NCBI GenBank assembly: GCA_963769425.1
Contig: CAVYLP010000003.1
Location: 96,001 to 160,000, forward strand
Length of the DNA stretch: 64,000 bases
Origin: Candidatus Bathyarchaeota archaeon
GTDB lineage: Archaea; Thermoproteota; Bathyarchaeia; TCS64
Direction of reading: 5' to 3'
Part shown: piece after piece, positions 21,432-31,353 of the stretch
How the letters are laid out: each line of letters starts with the position of its first letter
Numbering within the stretch: the stretch's first letter is position 1
Position numbers and translations under genes: made by a program
The notes under the pieces: generated by a model
The model's database searches: none
What the model was told of the DNA's origin: nothing
Seen by the model: the letters and a program-made list of their open reading frames with translations, nothing else

Positions 21432-22292
21432 ATGTCATCGAGACCGCAAATAGCTTATACTATAGATCATTATGGGCTTCGCCTCGATCTGGCCGTTGTT
21501 GACCTTAGTAGCCTAAGCGTCCACGAGGAGACGATGCAGGGACACACCGAGGAGTTGAAGAGAGGAATTCTCGAGCGGGGCTCCCTCGGAACACCCATCT
21601 TCGTCGACAGGGCTACAAACATCGTCTTAGATGGTATGCACCGCGTCAGGACCCTCGGGGAGCTCGGATGCTGCTTCGCCCTCGTCTGCTTCGTCGACTA
21701 CTCGGATCCGAGGATAACGCTGGGGCGCTGGTGCAGAACTATACCGAAGCCATTCAGCAGACTCGACGCCGAAAGAGTGGTCATTAGCCTCGGTGCATCT
21801 CTCAGACCAGCGAAAGGGGTTAACCCCACCCAGAGTAGCAATTTATTACTAGCCTTTGGGGACGGTACCTTCCAAGTAGAATACCCTGAAAAAGACGTAA
21901 TGTCAGTCTACCGCCTCTCACATAAACTAGAACATGCACTCATAGGAGAAGGCTACGCTGTCGGTTACATGGGTGAGGACGACGCAACGCGTTACCTCGC
22001 TACAGGTGACTTCTCAGCTATCCTATGCCCCCCGGTGATCACGAAGCAGCAAGTCGTTGACGTGGTCCAGCGCGGCGAGGTGTTCCCCCCGAAATCCACT
22101 AGACACAGGATACCCGCGCGCCCACTAGGCGTGGATCTGGCCCTTGAAACATTAAAAGACGAGGGCAGAACATTGGATGAGATCAATATCAACCTCGGCG
22201 CAAAACTAAGGTCTTCTAGGATGAGACGGCTTCCCCCGGGGAGTACATATCGGGGAAAACGCTTCGAAGACACCCTATACATCTTCGAGTAG
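21432..22292 (+). CDS. ParB/Srx-fold protein, SerK/SbnI serine-kinase-like
   Basis: HEET, PIFVD, LDGMHR, FPPKSTRH. Confidence 0.7.
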   Translation: MSSRPQIAYTIDHYGLRLDLAVVDLSSLSVHEETMQGHTEELKRGILERGSLGTPIFVDRATNIVLDGMHRVRTLGELGCCFALVCFVDYSDPRITLGRWCRTIPKPFSRLDAERVVISLGASLRPAKGVNPTQSSNLLLAFGDGTFQVEYPEKDVMSVYRLSHKLEHALIGEGYAVGYMGEDDATRYLATGDFSAILCPPVITKQQVVDVVQRGEVFPPKSTRHRIPARPLGVDLALETLKDEGRTLDEININLGAKLRSSRMRRLPPGSTYRGKRFEDTLYIFE

Positions 22293-22859
22293 CAGGTAGC
22301 GGTCCACGTCCTCCCTCTTGAACCCGGCCTCAACGAGTTTCTCCGCGACAGCTTCGCCCGTCAAGCCGGTGGACCTTATCTTCCCAGCTACCTCGAGGAG
22401 ACACTCCTTCAACTCCCAGGGGTAGACCACCCACTCATTCACACTCTCAGCGTAGTAGTCGGGGATGAATCGGCTCCAAGGCTTGATGTGGATGGTGGCA
22501 ATCCTGACCTCAGATGCCCCCTTCTCTCTAATATGCTCCCTCGCCTTGATTATCGAGGCCCCCGAGTCGGAGACGTCGTCCACAACTAGAGCCTTCCTTC
22601 CCTTAAGATCAGCGTTGACAGGGAGGACGACGATGGGCTCCGGCCGCTTGACCATGCCATCGTAGGCCTCGACCTGCACGCTGGCGAGCCTACGGATGCT
22701 CAGTTGGTCACAGAGTATCCTTGCTGGGTCAAATCCACCCCTACTTATAGCGACTATCATGTCTGGCTGGAAACCCGAGGCCTGTATCTTGCTAGCTACT
22801 ACCTCCACGAGCCTCTGGACGTCGTCCCAGGATAGGTGTAGGAATCGAAGGTTCTCCAT
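22275..22859 (-). CDS. Purine phosphoribosyltransferase family protein
   Basis: AISRGG, VVDDVSDSG, WVVYPWE. Confidence 0.9.
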   Translation of the reverse strand: MENLRFLHLSWDDVQRLVEVVASKIQASGFQPDMIVAISRGGFDPARILCDQLSIRRLASVQVEAYDGMVKRPEPIVVLPVNADLKGRKALVVDDVSDSGASIIKAREHIREKGASEVRIATIHIKPWSRFIPDYYAESVNEWVVYPWELKECLLEVAGKIRSTGLTGEAVAEKLVEAGFKREDVDRYLLLEDV

Positions 22860-22961
22860 CGAGTTGCCTCTTTGAGGTGATGTATTGTAACTCTTTACGA
22901 CGAATATAAGGGAAACGCGCTTAAACTGCGCTTTATATCGGGGCAGCTACGATTCTGGATC

Positions 22962-23819
22962 ATGGTTCCAGGGAACGACCTTAGTGAGTGGGTTAGGAAG
23001 CTAGTCGAGGGTTTCATAGCCTCGCCTGAAAACTCTTTCAACGACGTCGGCGAGCCAGCCTGGGAAACGCCCCTCGTCGGTTTCTCAAGCGGTGCCGACC
23101 CACTCTACGACTTCTACAAGAAGGACATAGGAAGCTTCTATCTATCACCATTAGAGTTCTTCAGGAACGCCCACCCATCGGTTGAGGCGAAGCCCGAGGA
23201 GCTAACAGTCATCAGCTGGGTACTCCCTCAGACAAAAGCCACAAAATATGATCACAGGAAGGAGACGAAGATGCCCAGTGAGAGGTGGGCGCGTGCTAGG
23301 ATAATGGGTGAGGGCGTGAACGTGAAGCTCAGAAGATTCATAGTCAAAGAGCTGGGTGGGTTCGAGTACCCTTCGGTTGCCCCGATGCTCTCCCCCCTCT
23401 GGGGGCAACACATGTCGGAGAAGTACCTATTCGCCTCGTCCTGGTCTGAAAGACACGCCGCCTACGCCGCTGGGCTCGGTACATTCGGACTGAGCGACGG
23501 TCTAATCACCGCCAAGGGTAAAGCCCATAGGGTCGGCTCAGTAGTCGCAAAAATCCCCATACAGCCGACCACTCGCCCATATACAGACCACCACGCCTAC
23601 TGTCTCTGGTACGCTAAGGGAACCTGCGGCGCGTGCATTCAGAAATGCCCCGCCGGGGCCATCACCGAGAAGGGTCACGACAAGCAGAGATGTAGCGACT
23701 ACGTCGACACGACACATGCTTTCGTCGAGGAGCACTACCACTTTAAGGGGTACGGGTGCGGTTTCTGCCAAGTCGGTATACCCTGTGAAAGCAGAATACC
23801 CGAGGGCATCGACCTCTGA
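22962..23819 (+). CDS. Epoxyqueuosine reductase (QueG)-like Fe-S protein
   Basis: WSERHAAYAAGLG, CGACIQKCPAGAI, CGFCQVGIPC. Confidence 0.75.
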   Translation: MVPGNDLSEWVRKLVEGFIASPENSFNDVGEPAWETPLVGFSSGADPLYDFYKKDIGSFYLSPLEFFRNAHPSVEAKPEELTVISWVLPQTKATKYDHRKETKMPSERWARARIMGEGVNVKLRRFIVKELGGFEYPSVAPMLSPLWGQHMSEKYLFASSWSERHAAYAAGLGTFGLSDGLITAKGKAHRVGSVVAKIPIQPTTRPYTDHHAYCLWYAKGTCGACIQKCPAGAITEKGHDKQRCSDYVDTTHAFVEEHYHFKGYGCGFCQVGIPCESRIPEGIDL

Positions 23820-23869
23820 GGGAAACAGATAAAGAGTCGCCTGACTAGTCTCCTCCAACTCCGGGTGAT

Positions 23870-24421
23870 GTGTTGGCCCGCGCTCTCTTCGTCGGTAGAT
23901 TCCAGCCCTTCCACTTCGGCCACCTACATGCGATCCAGACGATCCTCGATGAGGCCGAGGAACTCATCATCGTGATAGGTAGTGCCCAGATGAGCCACGA
24001 GCCCGATAACCCATTTACGGCCGGTGAGCGCATCGAGATGATACGAGCCGCCCTCAAGGAGGCTGGGGTGAAGAGGGAGAGGTATATGCTCATCCCCATC
24101 GCCGACGCCCCCAGCCATCGGACCTGGGTGAGTTACGTCGAGTCCCAGACCCCACGCTTTGCTGTGGTCTACTCGAATCAGGCCTTGACTCGTCGACTCC
24201 TCATAGAGGCGGGTTATGTTGTGAAGGAGATTCCCCTCCACAAGAGGAGCAAATTCGAGGCTACTGAGATTAGGCGACGCATTCTTAAGGGGGAGGACTG
24301 GGCGGACCTTGTCCCTACCTCAGTCCATAGGATAGTAGAGGAGATAGATGGCGAGAATCGGATACGCGACCTCGGTAAATCGGACTCCTTCCGCGTGCGT
24401 GAAGAGAACCAATCAGGTTAG
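23870..24421 (+). CDS. nadM: Nicotinamide-nucleotide adenylyltransferase
   Basis: GRFQPFHFGH, NPFTAGER, ATEIR. Confidence 0.9.
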   Translation: MLARALFVGRFQPFHFGHLHAIQTILDEAEELIIVIGSAQMSHEPDNPFTAGERIEMIRAALKEAGVKRERYMLIPIADAPSHRTWVSYVESQTPRFAVVYSNQALTRRLLIEAGYVVKEIPLHKRSKFEATEIRRRILKGEDWADLVPTSVHRIVEEIDGENRIRDLGKSDSFRVREENQSG

Positions 24422-24425
24422 CCAG

Positions 24426-25085
24426 ATGTACCTCAAACTTGACCCCGAACTAAGCTCCAAGTTCCCCGGACTATCAGCGAGACTAACCAACATCCACGGG
24501 GTGAAAATAGCTCCACGGAGCCCCGAGTTAGAAGTCTTCAAGAAGCAGGTCTTCGAAGAAGCCGCGGAGAAGTGGAATATCGATGAGCTTAAGGAAAACC
24601 CGGTCTTCCGAGCCTACAGGGACTTCTTCTGGAAGGTCAAGGTCGACCCAACGAAGACACGCCCAGCGGCGGAGGCTCTTCTCAGGAGGATTCTGCGGAG
24701 CAACCCACTACCCACGATCAACTCACTAGTCGATGCTTATAACGTCGCATCCGTCGCCACCAGTATACCCTTTGGTGCTTTCGACCTCGACAGGATGAGG
24801 GGCGAACCCATTATGAGGGAGGCGAGAGCCGGAGAGGAGTTCCTCGGTATCGGGATGGATGGGCCAATCACACTCGGAGGTGGAGAGGCCGTTATAGAGG
24901 ACGATGAGAGACTCATCGCCGTCTACCCCTACCGTGACGCCGACTATAGCAAAGTCACAACGTCCACGAGGAACCTCCTACTCATGACCTGCGGGGTCCC
25001 CGGGATCGGTGAAGATACCCTAACCCACGCTGAGGCGGTTTGCATAGGGTATATTAAGAGATTCTGCGGTGGTACCCCAGCTTAG
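24426..25085 (+). CDS. B3/B4 domain (PheRS-beta editing-like) protein
   Basis: YRDFFW..DPTKTRPAAEALLRR, INSLVDAYN, GVPG. Confidence 0.85.
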   Translation: MYLKLDPELSSKFPGLSARLTNIHGVKIAPRSPELEVFKKQVFEEAAEKWNIDELKENPVFRAYRDFFWKVKVDPTKTRPAAEALLRRILRSNPLPTINSLVDAYNVASVATSIPFGAFDLDRMRGEPIMREARAGEEFLGIGMDGPITLGGGEAVIEDDERLIAVYPYRDADYSKVTTSTRNLLLMTCGVPGIGEDTLTHAEAVCIGYIKRFCGGTPA

Positions 25086-26162
25086 GTGGGTCGCGTGCTA
25101 GAGGTTGACGGTTCACTGATGGAGGGGGGCGGCCAACTACTCCGTATGGCCACCACCTACAGTGCCATACTGGGTGAACCCATTAGGATCGTCAATGTTC
25201 GAGCCAAAAGGAACCAACCCGGGCTGAAGCCACAACATTTAGTGACCCTTAGAGCGGTGGCGGAGCTCTGCGCCGCCGAGACGAAGGGCCTCGAGGTGGG
25301 TAGTGGCGAGGTAGAGTTCAAGCCCGGTCGCCTAAGAAGCGGAAGTTACGATTTCGACATAGGTACCGCAGGGAGTTGCAGCCTTCTACTCCAGTGCGCG
25401 GCGCCCGTAGCCGCGTACGCAGATGGCCCAGTCAAGATCAGGATACGGGGTGGGACAGCGGTCCGTTGGTCTCCCCCGATGGCGATAGTGCAGTATGTTG
25501 TCTGGGTCGGGCTCAGGAAGATGGGTTTCTCTGGGGAGTTGAGGGTCCTCCGGGATGGATATTACCCGAAGGGGGGCGGTGTAGTCGAGGCAAACATCAA
25601 ACCTATACGAGGCTTTCAACCGATTAACGGCGAGGTAGCCGATGTCACGGGGGTGAGGGGGCTCTCCACCTGCGGCGGGCTCCCCAGACACGTGGCAGAG
25701 AGGCAAGCGGAGTCAGCTAAAAAAGTACTGCAAGAGGAGGGGTTGGAGGCTAGCATCGATGTGGCGACGCCCGGGAGGGCCACGGAGCCACTGTCGCCAG
25801 GTAGCGTTATTTGTCTCTGGGCGGAGGGGGATGCTCTCATCGGGGACGACGGGCTTGGGGAGCGTGGTAAGACCGCGGAAAAGGTGGGGGCCGAGGCGGC
25901 TCAGCGATTTGTTAACCAGGTTAAGACCGGTGCATACGTAGACCTTCACACAGCGGATAACCTAATACTTCCCTGCTCCCTCGCCTCGGGTAAGTCAAGT
26001 TTCACTGTCTCACGTCTGACCATGCACACCCTCACAGCAGTCGAAGTGGCGAAGATGGTTATTGGGGTCAGAATAGCTGTGGAGGGAGTTGAGGGGAAGC
26101 AGGGTAAGATAATCATAGAGGGACGGGGTACAGTGAACCCCCGTTACTCGGATCAGGTTTAA
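25086..26162 (+). CDS. rtcA: RNA 3'-terminal phosphate cyclase
   Basis: EGGGQLLR, PGLKPQH, GYYPKGGG, DLHTADN, catalytic H in TMHTLT. Confidence 0.9.
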   Translation: MGRVLEVDGSLMEGGGQLLRMATTYSAILGEPIRIVNVRAKRNQPGLKPQHLVTLRAVAELCAAETKGLEVGSGEVEFKPGRLRSGSYDFDIGTAGSCSLLLQCAAPVAAYADGPVKIRIRGGTAVRWSPPMAIVQYVVWVGLRKMGFSGELRVLRDGYYPKGGGVVEANIKPIRGFQPINGEVADVTGVRGLSTCGGLPRHVAERQAESAKKVLQEEGLEASIDVATPGRATEPLSPGSVICLWAEGDALIGDDGLGERGKTAEKVGAEAAQRFVNQVKTGAYVDLHTADNLILPCSLASGKSSFTVSRLTMHTLTAVEVAKMVIGVRIAVEGVEGKQGKIIIEGRGTVNPRYSDQV

Positions 26163-26166
26163 CCGC

Positions 26167-27498
26167 GTGGAGCCACGAGTCATTTCATCGGCTTTGGTTG
26201 TGCTCAGCTTCGACCGAGGGACTCTTCTGGTCGTGGACGACAAGGGTAAAACTACGAGGCACCGCGCTAGCGACTACTCTAAAGTTGTCAGAGAGCTTCG
26301 GGAGACTGGCCTTGAGTATAAGGACGACGCGCTCAGGTCACCGTTGACAGGGCAACTCACCTCCAAGTATGAGTCAAGGGATTATCAATCCGAGGCTGTT
26401 GAGAGCTGGGTCAAATCAGGGTATAGGGGAATAGTGGTACTCCCCACGGGTGCGGGTAAGACGGTGATGGCGATCAAGGCGATGGAGCGGCTTCAGGTCG
26501 CGACGCTCATCGTCGTCCCTACCATCGTGCTGATGGAGCAGTGGAGGGAGACGCTCGCAGAGGCATTCGGTTCCGAGGTGGGCGCCCTCGGAGGAGGCTC
26601 AAGAGATGTGAAGCCAATAACGGTCGCTACCTACGACTCCGCCTCCCTCAGAGCTCGCGAGATTGGTGATAGGTTCTCGTTAATAATCTTCGACGAGGTT
26701 CACCACCTTCCTGCTTCAAGTAACTCGCGAGCTGCTACTTGTTACCTTGCACCGTACCGGTTAGGGCTCACAGCTACGCTCGGGCGAGACGAGAATGTGA
26801 TCAGCGGCCTTGAGGAGCTTGTAGGAGGGCTCGTCTATGAGAAGGGGGTTGAGGAGCTTGCGGGTAAGCATCTAAGCGACTACACTGTGAAAACCATGAA
26901 TATTCCCCTCACCCCCGATGAGAAGGCGGAGTACGAGAGACAATTCGCCGTCTACAAGGGCTTCCTCCAGCGAAGGGGGATCAGGATCAGGAGCGCCCGT
27001 GATTATCTACTCTTCGTGAAGAGGAGCGGGGTGGACCCCGAGGCGCGGAGGGCGCTGATGGGTAGGAACGCGGCAATGGACATAGCGTTGAATAGCAGAA
27101 GCAAGGAGGAGTACCTCCGGGAGCTCCTCGCCGCGAACCCTAACGCGAAGACGATCATCTTCACCCGCCACAACAAGCTCGTCTACAGGATCAGCAGGAG
27201 CCTACTCATCCCCGCCATAACCCACCAGACGGTGAGGGAGGAGAGAGATGAGATACTTGACAGGTTCCGCAGCGGAGTCTACCGCAGGATAATCACGAGT
27301 CAGGTCCTAGACGAGGGAATAGATGTCCCCGACGCCTCTGTGGCCGTGATTCTGAGCGGTACAGGTAGTAGCCGAGAGTTCATACAGCGTCTCGGGAGAA
27401 TATTGAGGAAGAAGGAGGGAAAGCAGGCCACCCTTTACGAGCTCGTGAGTTTTGGTACCGCGGAGACCCGCATTAGCAGGAGGAGGAAGGAGGCTTGA
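26167..27498 (+). CDS. xpb: XPB (Rad25-like) DNA helicase
   Basis: PTGAGKT, DEVHH, GLTAT, RDE, QRLGRILR. Confidence 0.9.
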   Translation: MEPRVISSALVVLSFDRGTLLVVDDKGKTTRHRASDYSKVVRELRETGLEYKDDALRSPLTGQLTSKYESRDYQSEAVESWVKSGYRGIVVLPTGAGKTVMAIKAMERLQVATLIVVPTIVLMEQWRETLAEAFGSEVGALGGGSRDVKPITVATYDSASLRAREIGDRFSLIIFDEVHHLPASSNSRAATCYLAPYRLGLTATLGRDENVISGLEELVGGLVYEKGVEELAGKHLSDYTVKTMNIPLTPDEKAEYERQFAVYKGFLQRRGIRIRSARDYLLFVKRSGVDPEARRALMGRNAAMDIALNSRSKEEYLRELLAANPNAKTIIFTRHNKLVYRISRSLLIPAITHQTVREERDEILDRFRSGVYRRIITSQVLDEGIDVPDASVAVILSGTGSSREFIQRLGRILRKKEGKQATLYELVSFGTAETRISRRRKEA

Positions 27499-28649
27499 TT
27501 CTCCCACACGAACTCATCCGGGTGAGACGCACTAAGGCGGCGCTCACACCGCTCTTCGCCGACGATGAGAAGCTCGGCCTCGCCAAGACACTCATAGCAG
27601 TCTACATCGAAAACAAGGATAAGAAGAGGGCGGAACTCGGTGAGAACCTAGCAGCCTGTGAGGAGCTAGGCTACGACTTCAAGCTGGTTAGGGGCCTATC
27701 GGCGGTCCTTGACTCGCGCAGTATCTTCGGAGCCCGCTCATTCATCCCTCCACCGAAGGCTCGTAGGCTGCTCTTCGAGGAGGCGGCGAGGAGACCATCT
27801 ATCTCTGAGAGAGACCGCATGGAGATAATGGGGAAGGTTGCAGATGGTCTCGGCGTCGCCTTAGCTGACCTGGATGAGAGCCTTTATGCTGACCTTCTCG
27901 ACGAGCAGTTCCTAATAGACTTCAGGGAGCCCAAACCGGATGAGTTGCTCAGACTCTACAACTTCGCCCTAGTCTCGGTTGTACTCGCCTACTCCATACA
28001 CATAGCTGTTGGCTTCTCGGGAAAGAATGAGAGTCTCGAGAAGGCGGTGAAGAACCTGGGTGAACCAGATGTTAGGGTCGGCTCCATAAGCGTTGATCTG
28101 AAGCCCTCGAAGCAGGTTGGGCTCCGCGGGGGGAAGGTTGAGGCTCTTCTCGCCCGGCTCATCGAGTTAAAGGACTGGAGCCTGAAGGCTGACGTCGCGT
28201 ATCCCCCTCGCTACCACGAAACGAGGCCCCTTGAGTTGAATCGGAGAACACACGACGGGATACTCGAGGCGGAGCCAGTTGTGGAGGAGACGATCATCGA
28301 GATCAAGGCCCTCGCTAGGAAGAGCAGCTTCGGAGACATCATCGTCATCGACGACGTCGCTAACCGGTTTGGTCTGACAGATAAGGAGCTTCTGAGGAAG
28401 GTTGAGGCTGAGACGGTGAAGTATGTCCGGCTTCCAGGTGTCCTTGTGACCCCGGAGAAGTTGGAGGCGCTTCGCTCAGGTATTGGGGAGGTTGAGGGGA
28501 ATGACCTTGCATCCTACAAGGCCTTCCTTAAGGGGATGGGGTGTAAGAACCCGATCCCTGTTCTGGAGGCGCTGGGGTACTTCGTAGAGGTAGACCCTGA
28601 GACGCGTAAGCCTAAGGTTACTAGGCTCCACCGCGGAGCGTCAGGTTAA
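27495..28649 (+). CDS. Bax1/DUF790 family protein, apparently lacking the nuclease domain
   Basis: MILPHELIR, DFKLVRGL, LYADL, YN..L; overlaps the xpb stop. Confidence 0.75.
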   Translation: MILPHELIRVRRTKAALTPLFADDEKLGLAKTLIAVYIENKDKKRAELGENLAACEELGYDFKLVRGLSAVLDSRSIFGARSFIPPPKARRLLFEEAARRPSISERDRMEIMGKVADGLGVALADLDESLYADLLDEQFLIDFREPKPDELLRLYNFALVSVVLAYSIHIAVGFSGKNESLEKAVKNLGEPDVRVGSISVDLKPSKQVGLRGGKVEALLARLIELKDWSLKADVAYPPRYHETRPLELNRRTHDGILEAEPVVEETIIEIKALARKSSFGDIIVIDDVANRFGLTDKELLRKVEAETVKYVRLPGVLVTPEKLEALRSGIGEVEGNDLASYKAFLKGMGCKNPIPVLEALGYFVEVDPETRKPKVTRLHRGASG

Positions 28650-28686
28650 TATCGCTGCGGGATTAAGGGGGTTCGGAAGTGGCGAC

Positions 28687-29292
28687 ATGGGCTGGCAAGA
28701 TTATCAGGGCGCTACGACAATAGGCCTCATATGCAATGGCGGGGTTGTCCTCGCCTCGGAGAAGCGCGTCACCTGGGGTAACATGCTCACAAGCAGGGGC
28801 GGCATGAAGGTCTTCAAACTCAACGACAGGATAGGCCTCGCCTTCGCCGGCCTCATGAGCGACATGCAGGCGCTGACCCGCGAGGTCGCGGCCTACGCCA
28901 GCCTCTACGAGCTTGACAACAACAGGCCCATAGGGGTCAAGGCGATGGGTAAGCTCGTCGCTAACATGCTCTTCCAGAGGCGGATGTTCCCGCTCTTCAT
29001 GGAGACTCTGGTGGGGGGCGTAGACGAGGATGGTCCGGCCCTCTTCAGCATGGACCCGGTTGGTAGCCTAATCCCCGACCCATTCATAACCGCGGGGACG
29101 GGTGCGCCCATCGCTATGGGTGTCATCGAGGCGGAGTACAAGGATGGACTGAGTATGGAGGCGGGTGCCGAGTTGGCCATCAAGGCGATCAAGGCCGCCG
29201 TGGCGCGCGACATCGCGAGCGGCGACGGCATCGACATGCTCCTCATCACTAAGGATGGGACCGAGGAGCGCAGCATTAGTTTAAGGAAATAA
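28687..29292 (+). CDS. psmB: Proteasome beta subunit (Ala at the Thr1 position)
   Basis: GATTIG, ASEKR, DPVGS, GTG, RDIASGDG. Confidence 0.9.
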   Translation: MGWQDYQGATTIGLICNGGVVLASEKRVTWGNMLTSRGGMKVFKLNDRIGLAFAGLMSDMQALTREVAAYASLYELDNNRPIGVKAMGKLVANMLFQRRMFPLFMETLVGGVDEDGPALFSMDPVGSLIPDPFITAGTGAPIAMGVIEAEYKDGLSMEAGAELAIKAIKAAVARDIASGDGIDMLLITKDGTEERSISLRK

Positions 29293-29294
29293 GT

Positions 29295-29715
29295 TCAACT
29301 TTGCGATTCTTCTTCTAAAGGTTGAAAGGGTTTCGTCATTTCTATAGAAAGTCGTACGGCTTCGAGCGCTGCTTCAAGTCGGGCATCTGTTGGTTGTGTT
29401 GTGTCGTTTGCTAACTCTTGCGCATTCTTGATTGTTAGCATGTAGAATACGTAGGCGATTTTGTTTCGCGCAGTGATTGTGATAGGGAGGAGGGTGAGAA
29501 CGGTCGCTAGGTCGTCGTCTCGGCTTCTTAGCCTCTGGTGGTGGAGTCTGCGTATGGTTAGGGCAAGGAACTTTATCTCATACATGAATTGTTTTTCATT
29601 TTTGCGGATTCTGGTTTAGAGTAACATGTAAGTGGGGGGAGTCTTCACGACTTTACTTTACCTTCTACCCACTGGATGATCAGGGCACGCTCCTTCTCAG
29701 TGAAAATGTGAATTT
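29295..29715 (-). pseudogene. Frameshifted paralog of the 35963-36355 hypothetical gene
   Basis: IHIFTEKERALIIQW / REDSPHLHVTL / TRIRKNEKQFMYEIKFL pieces joined by two +1 A shifts align with MRTYIYTPNERRALTAW... Confidence 0.7.
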
Positions 29716-29873
29716 GTTCAATTCTTCATCAACGTTATGCCAGACTGATATCGTGGTTTTTCCCCTCGAAGTAACCGCTAGGCATAGTTACATGAATAAG
29801 ATTATCTTCTCGGTGAATATTCCCAAGTTTAATTGTTATATATAATTATTTTTGACTATAAATTATTAACTTT

Positions 29874-30629
29874 CTAAGCAGTTGCTCCGCCGTCAATTAC
29901 TAGCATAGCTCCGTTCATGAAGCTGGAGTCGTCGCTAGCAAGGAACAGGGCACCTTTCGCGATCTCCTCAGGTTTCCCAATTCTCTTCAGCGGTACCTCC
30001 TGCTCGAGGTATCTGCGCCTCGCAACGGGGTCCTGAGCCCTATTGATACCGAGTTCGAGCATGGGAGTGAGGGTGACACCGGGGCAGAGGCAGTTTACGC
30101 GTATGTTCCTGTCGCCAAACTCGAGGGCGAGGGCGCGTGTTATCTGGACGACTCCCCCCTTTGCGGCGCAGTAGGCGGCGTAGTTGCGAGCGCCGCTTAT
30201 CCCGATCTCGGAGGCTGTGTTGACTATCACTCCCCCGCCCTGCCTGAGCATCTCGGGGATGGCGTGCCTACACCCGAGGTAGACGCTTTTCAGGTCGATG
30301 GCGAGGACCCTGTCCCAGTCCTCCTCCGTGGTTTCTAGGAAGGGGCGGTACATGCCTATCCCCGCGTCGTTGTAGAGGACGTCGAGTTTGCCGTATTCGC
30401 CGACGGCGAGCTTGACCGCTTTATCCCAGTCCCTCGACTTGGATACGTCGGCCTTGATAGAGACGGCGTCAGCGCCTCTATCGCGCGCCTGCTTCGCCGT
30501 GTTCTCAACCTCCCCGTCAATGTCGAAGAGTGTGAGCTTTGCGCCCTCCTCGGCGAAGAGCAGTGATGCAGCCCTGCCGATCCCAGACGCAGCCCCTGTG
30601 ATCAGAACCGATTTACCCTCTAGTTTCAT
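29874..30629 (-). CDS. SDR family oxidoreductase
   Basis: TGAASGIG, YCAAK, IDGG. Confidence 0.9.
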   Translation of the reverse strand: MKLEGKSVLITGAASGIGRAASLLFAEEGAKLTLFDIDGEVENTAKQARDRGADAVSIKADVSKSRDWDKAVKLAVGEYGKLDVLYNDAGIGMYRPFLETTEEDWDRVLAIDLKSVYLGCRHAIPEMLRQGGGVIVNTASEIGISGARNYAAYCAAKGGVVQITRALALEFGDRNIRVNCLCPGVTLTPMLELGINRAQDPVARRRYLEQEVPLKRIGKPEEIAKGALFLASDDSSFMNGAMLVIDGGATA

Positions 30630-30687
30630 GGGTGATACGCCGCCGCGGGTGCTTTATCTGATTTGTTCCCGCCGGATCGCTGAGTGG

Positions 30688-31271
30688 TCACAGAGTTAAT
30701 GGAAGGTCATAGGAACCGTGGGCGAGGTAGATCCTATTCACCTTCATGGCGCGGAACCGTTGCCAGTCGTTTGCAGGCTTCTGATCCCTCCGGGGAACCG
30801 TTCGGCGGGGGCAGGTCGCCAGTGAATGCGATGCCCTCGTCGAGGACGAGCGTGACGTGGTCCTCGCCGTGCCCCGGCGTGGCGATTACCTCGCCGTCGA
30901 TGCCCAGCCACCTCAGGAATGCCCTGCTGTCGCTGAGCCTCAGCAGAATATTGTCCTCGTCCTTGATCTTGTTGTAGATCATCGGAGGCCTGATGAACCT
31001 AGCTTGGTCGTTGAGGTGCGTCCTCTGGTTCTCCATGACGATGAGCCTAGCGCCCTTGTCCTTCAGCTCCTGGGCGATAGCGCCGTGGTCCATGTGGTAG
31101 TGCGTCGCGAGGACATGGGTCACGTCCTTTATCGTGTAACCAACGTTCGTCAGGCTAGCCTTAAGCTCCTGCATCCCGCCGGGCCAGCCTACGTTGATTA
31201 GCAGCTTGGCCTCTCTCGGTGACGAGGAGGTAGCAGTTGACCGACCTGTACCCCACGTTGAGTATCTTCAT
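30688..31271 (-). CDS. MBL-fold metallo-hydrolase (frameshifts near both ends)
   Basis: MKILNVGYRSVNCYLL, THYHMDH, TPGH, FTGDL, YLAHG. Confidence 0.8.
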
Positions 31272-31353
31272 CTGAACCCCGTCACCGTTGCTAATCATCT
31301 GAGATTGTGCTGAAAAAGGCTTTTAACTTCGGCGAGAGTTTGAAGGGGCGTTA

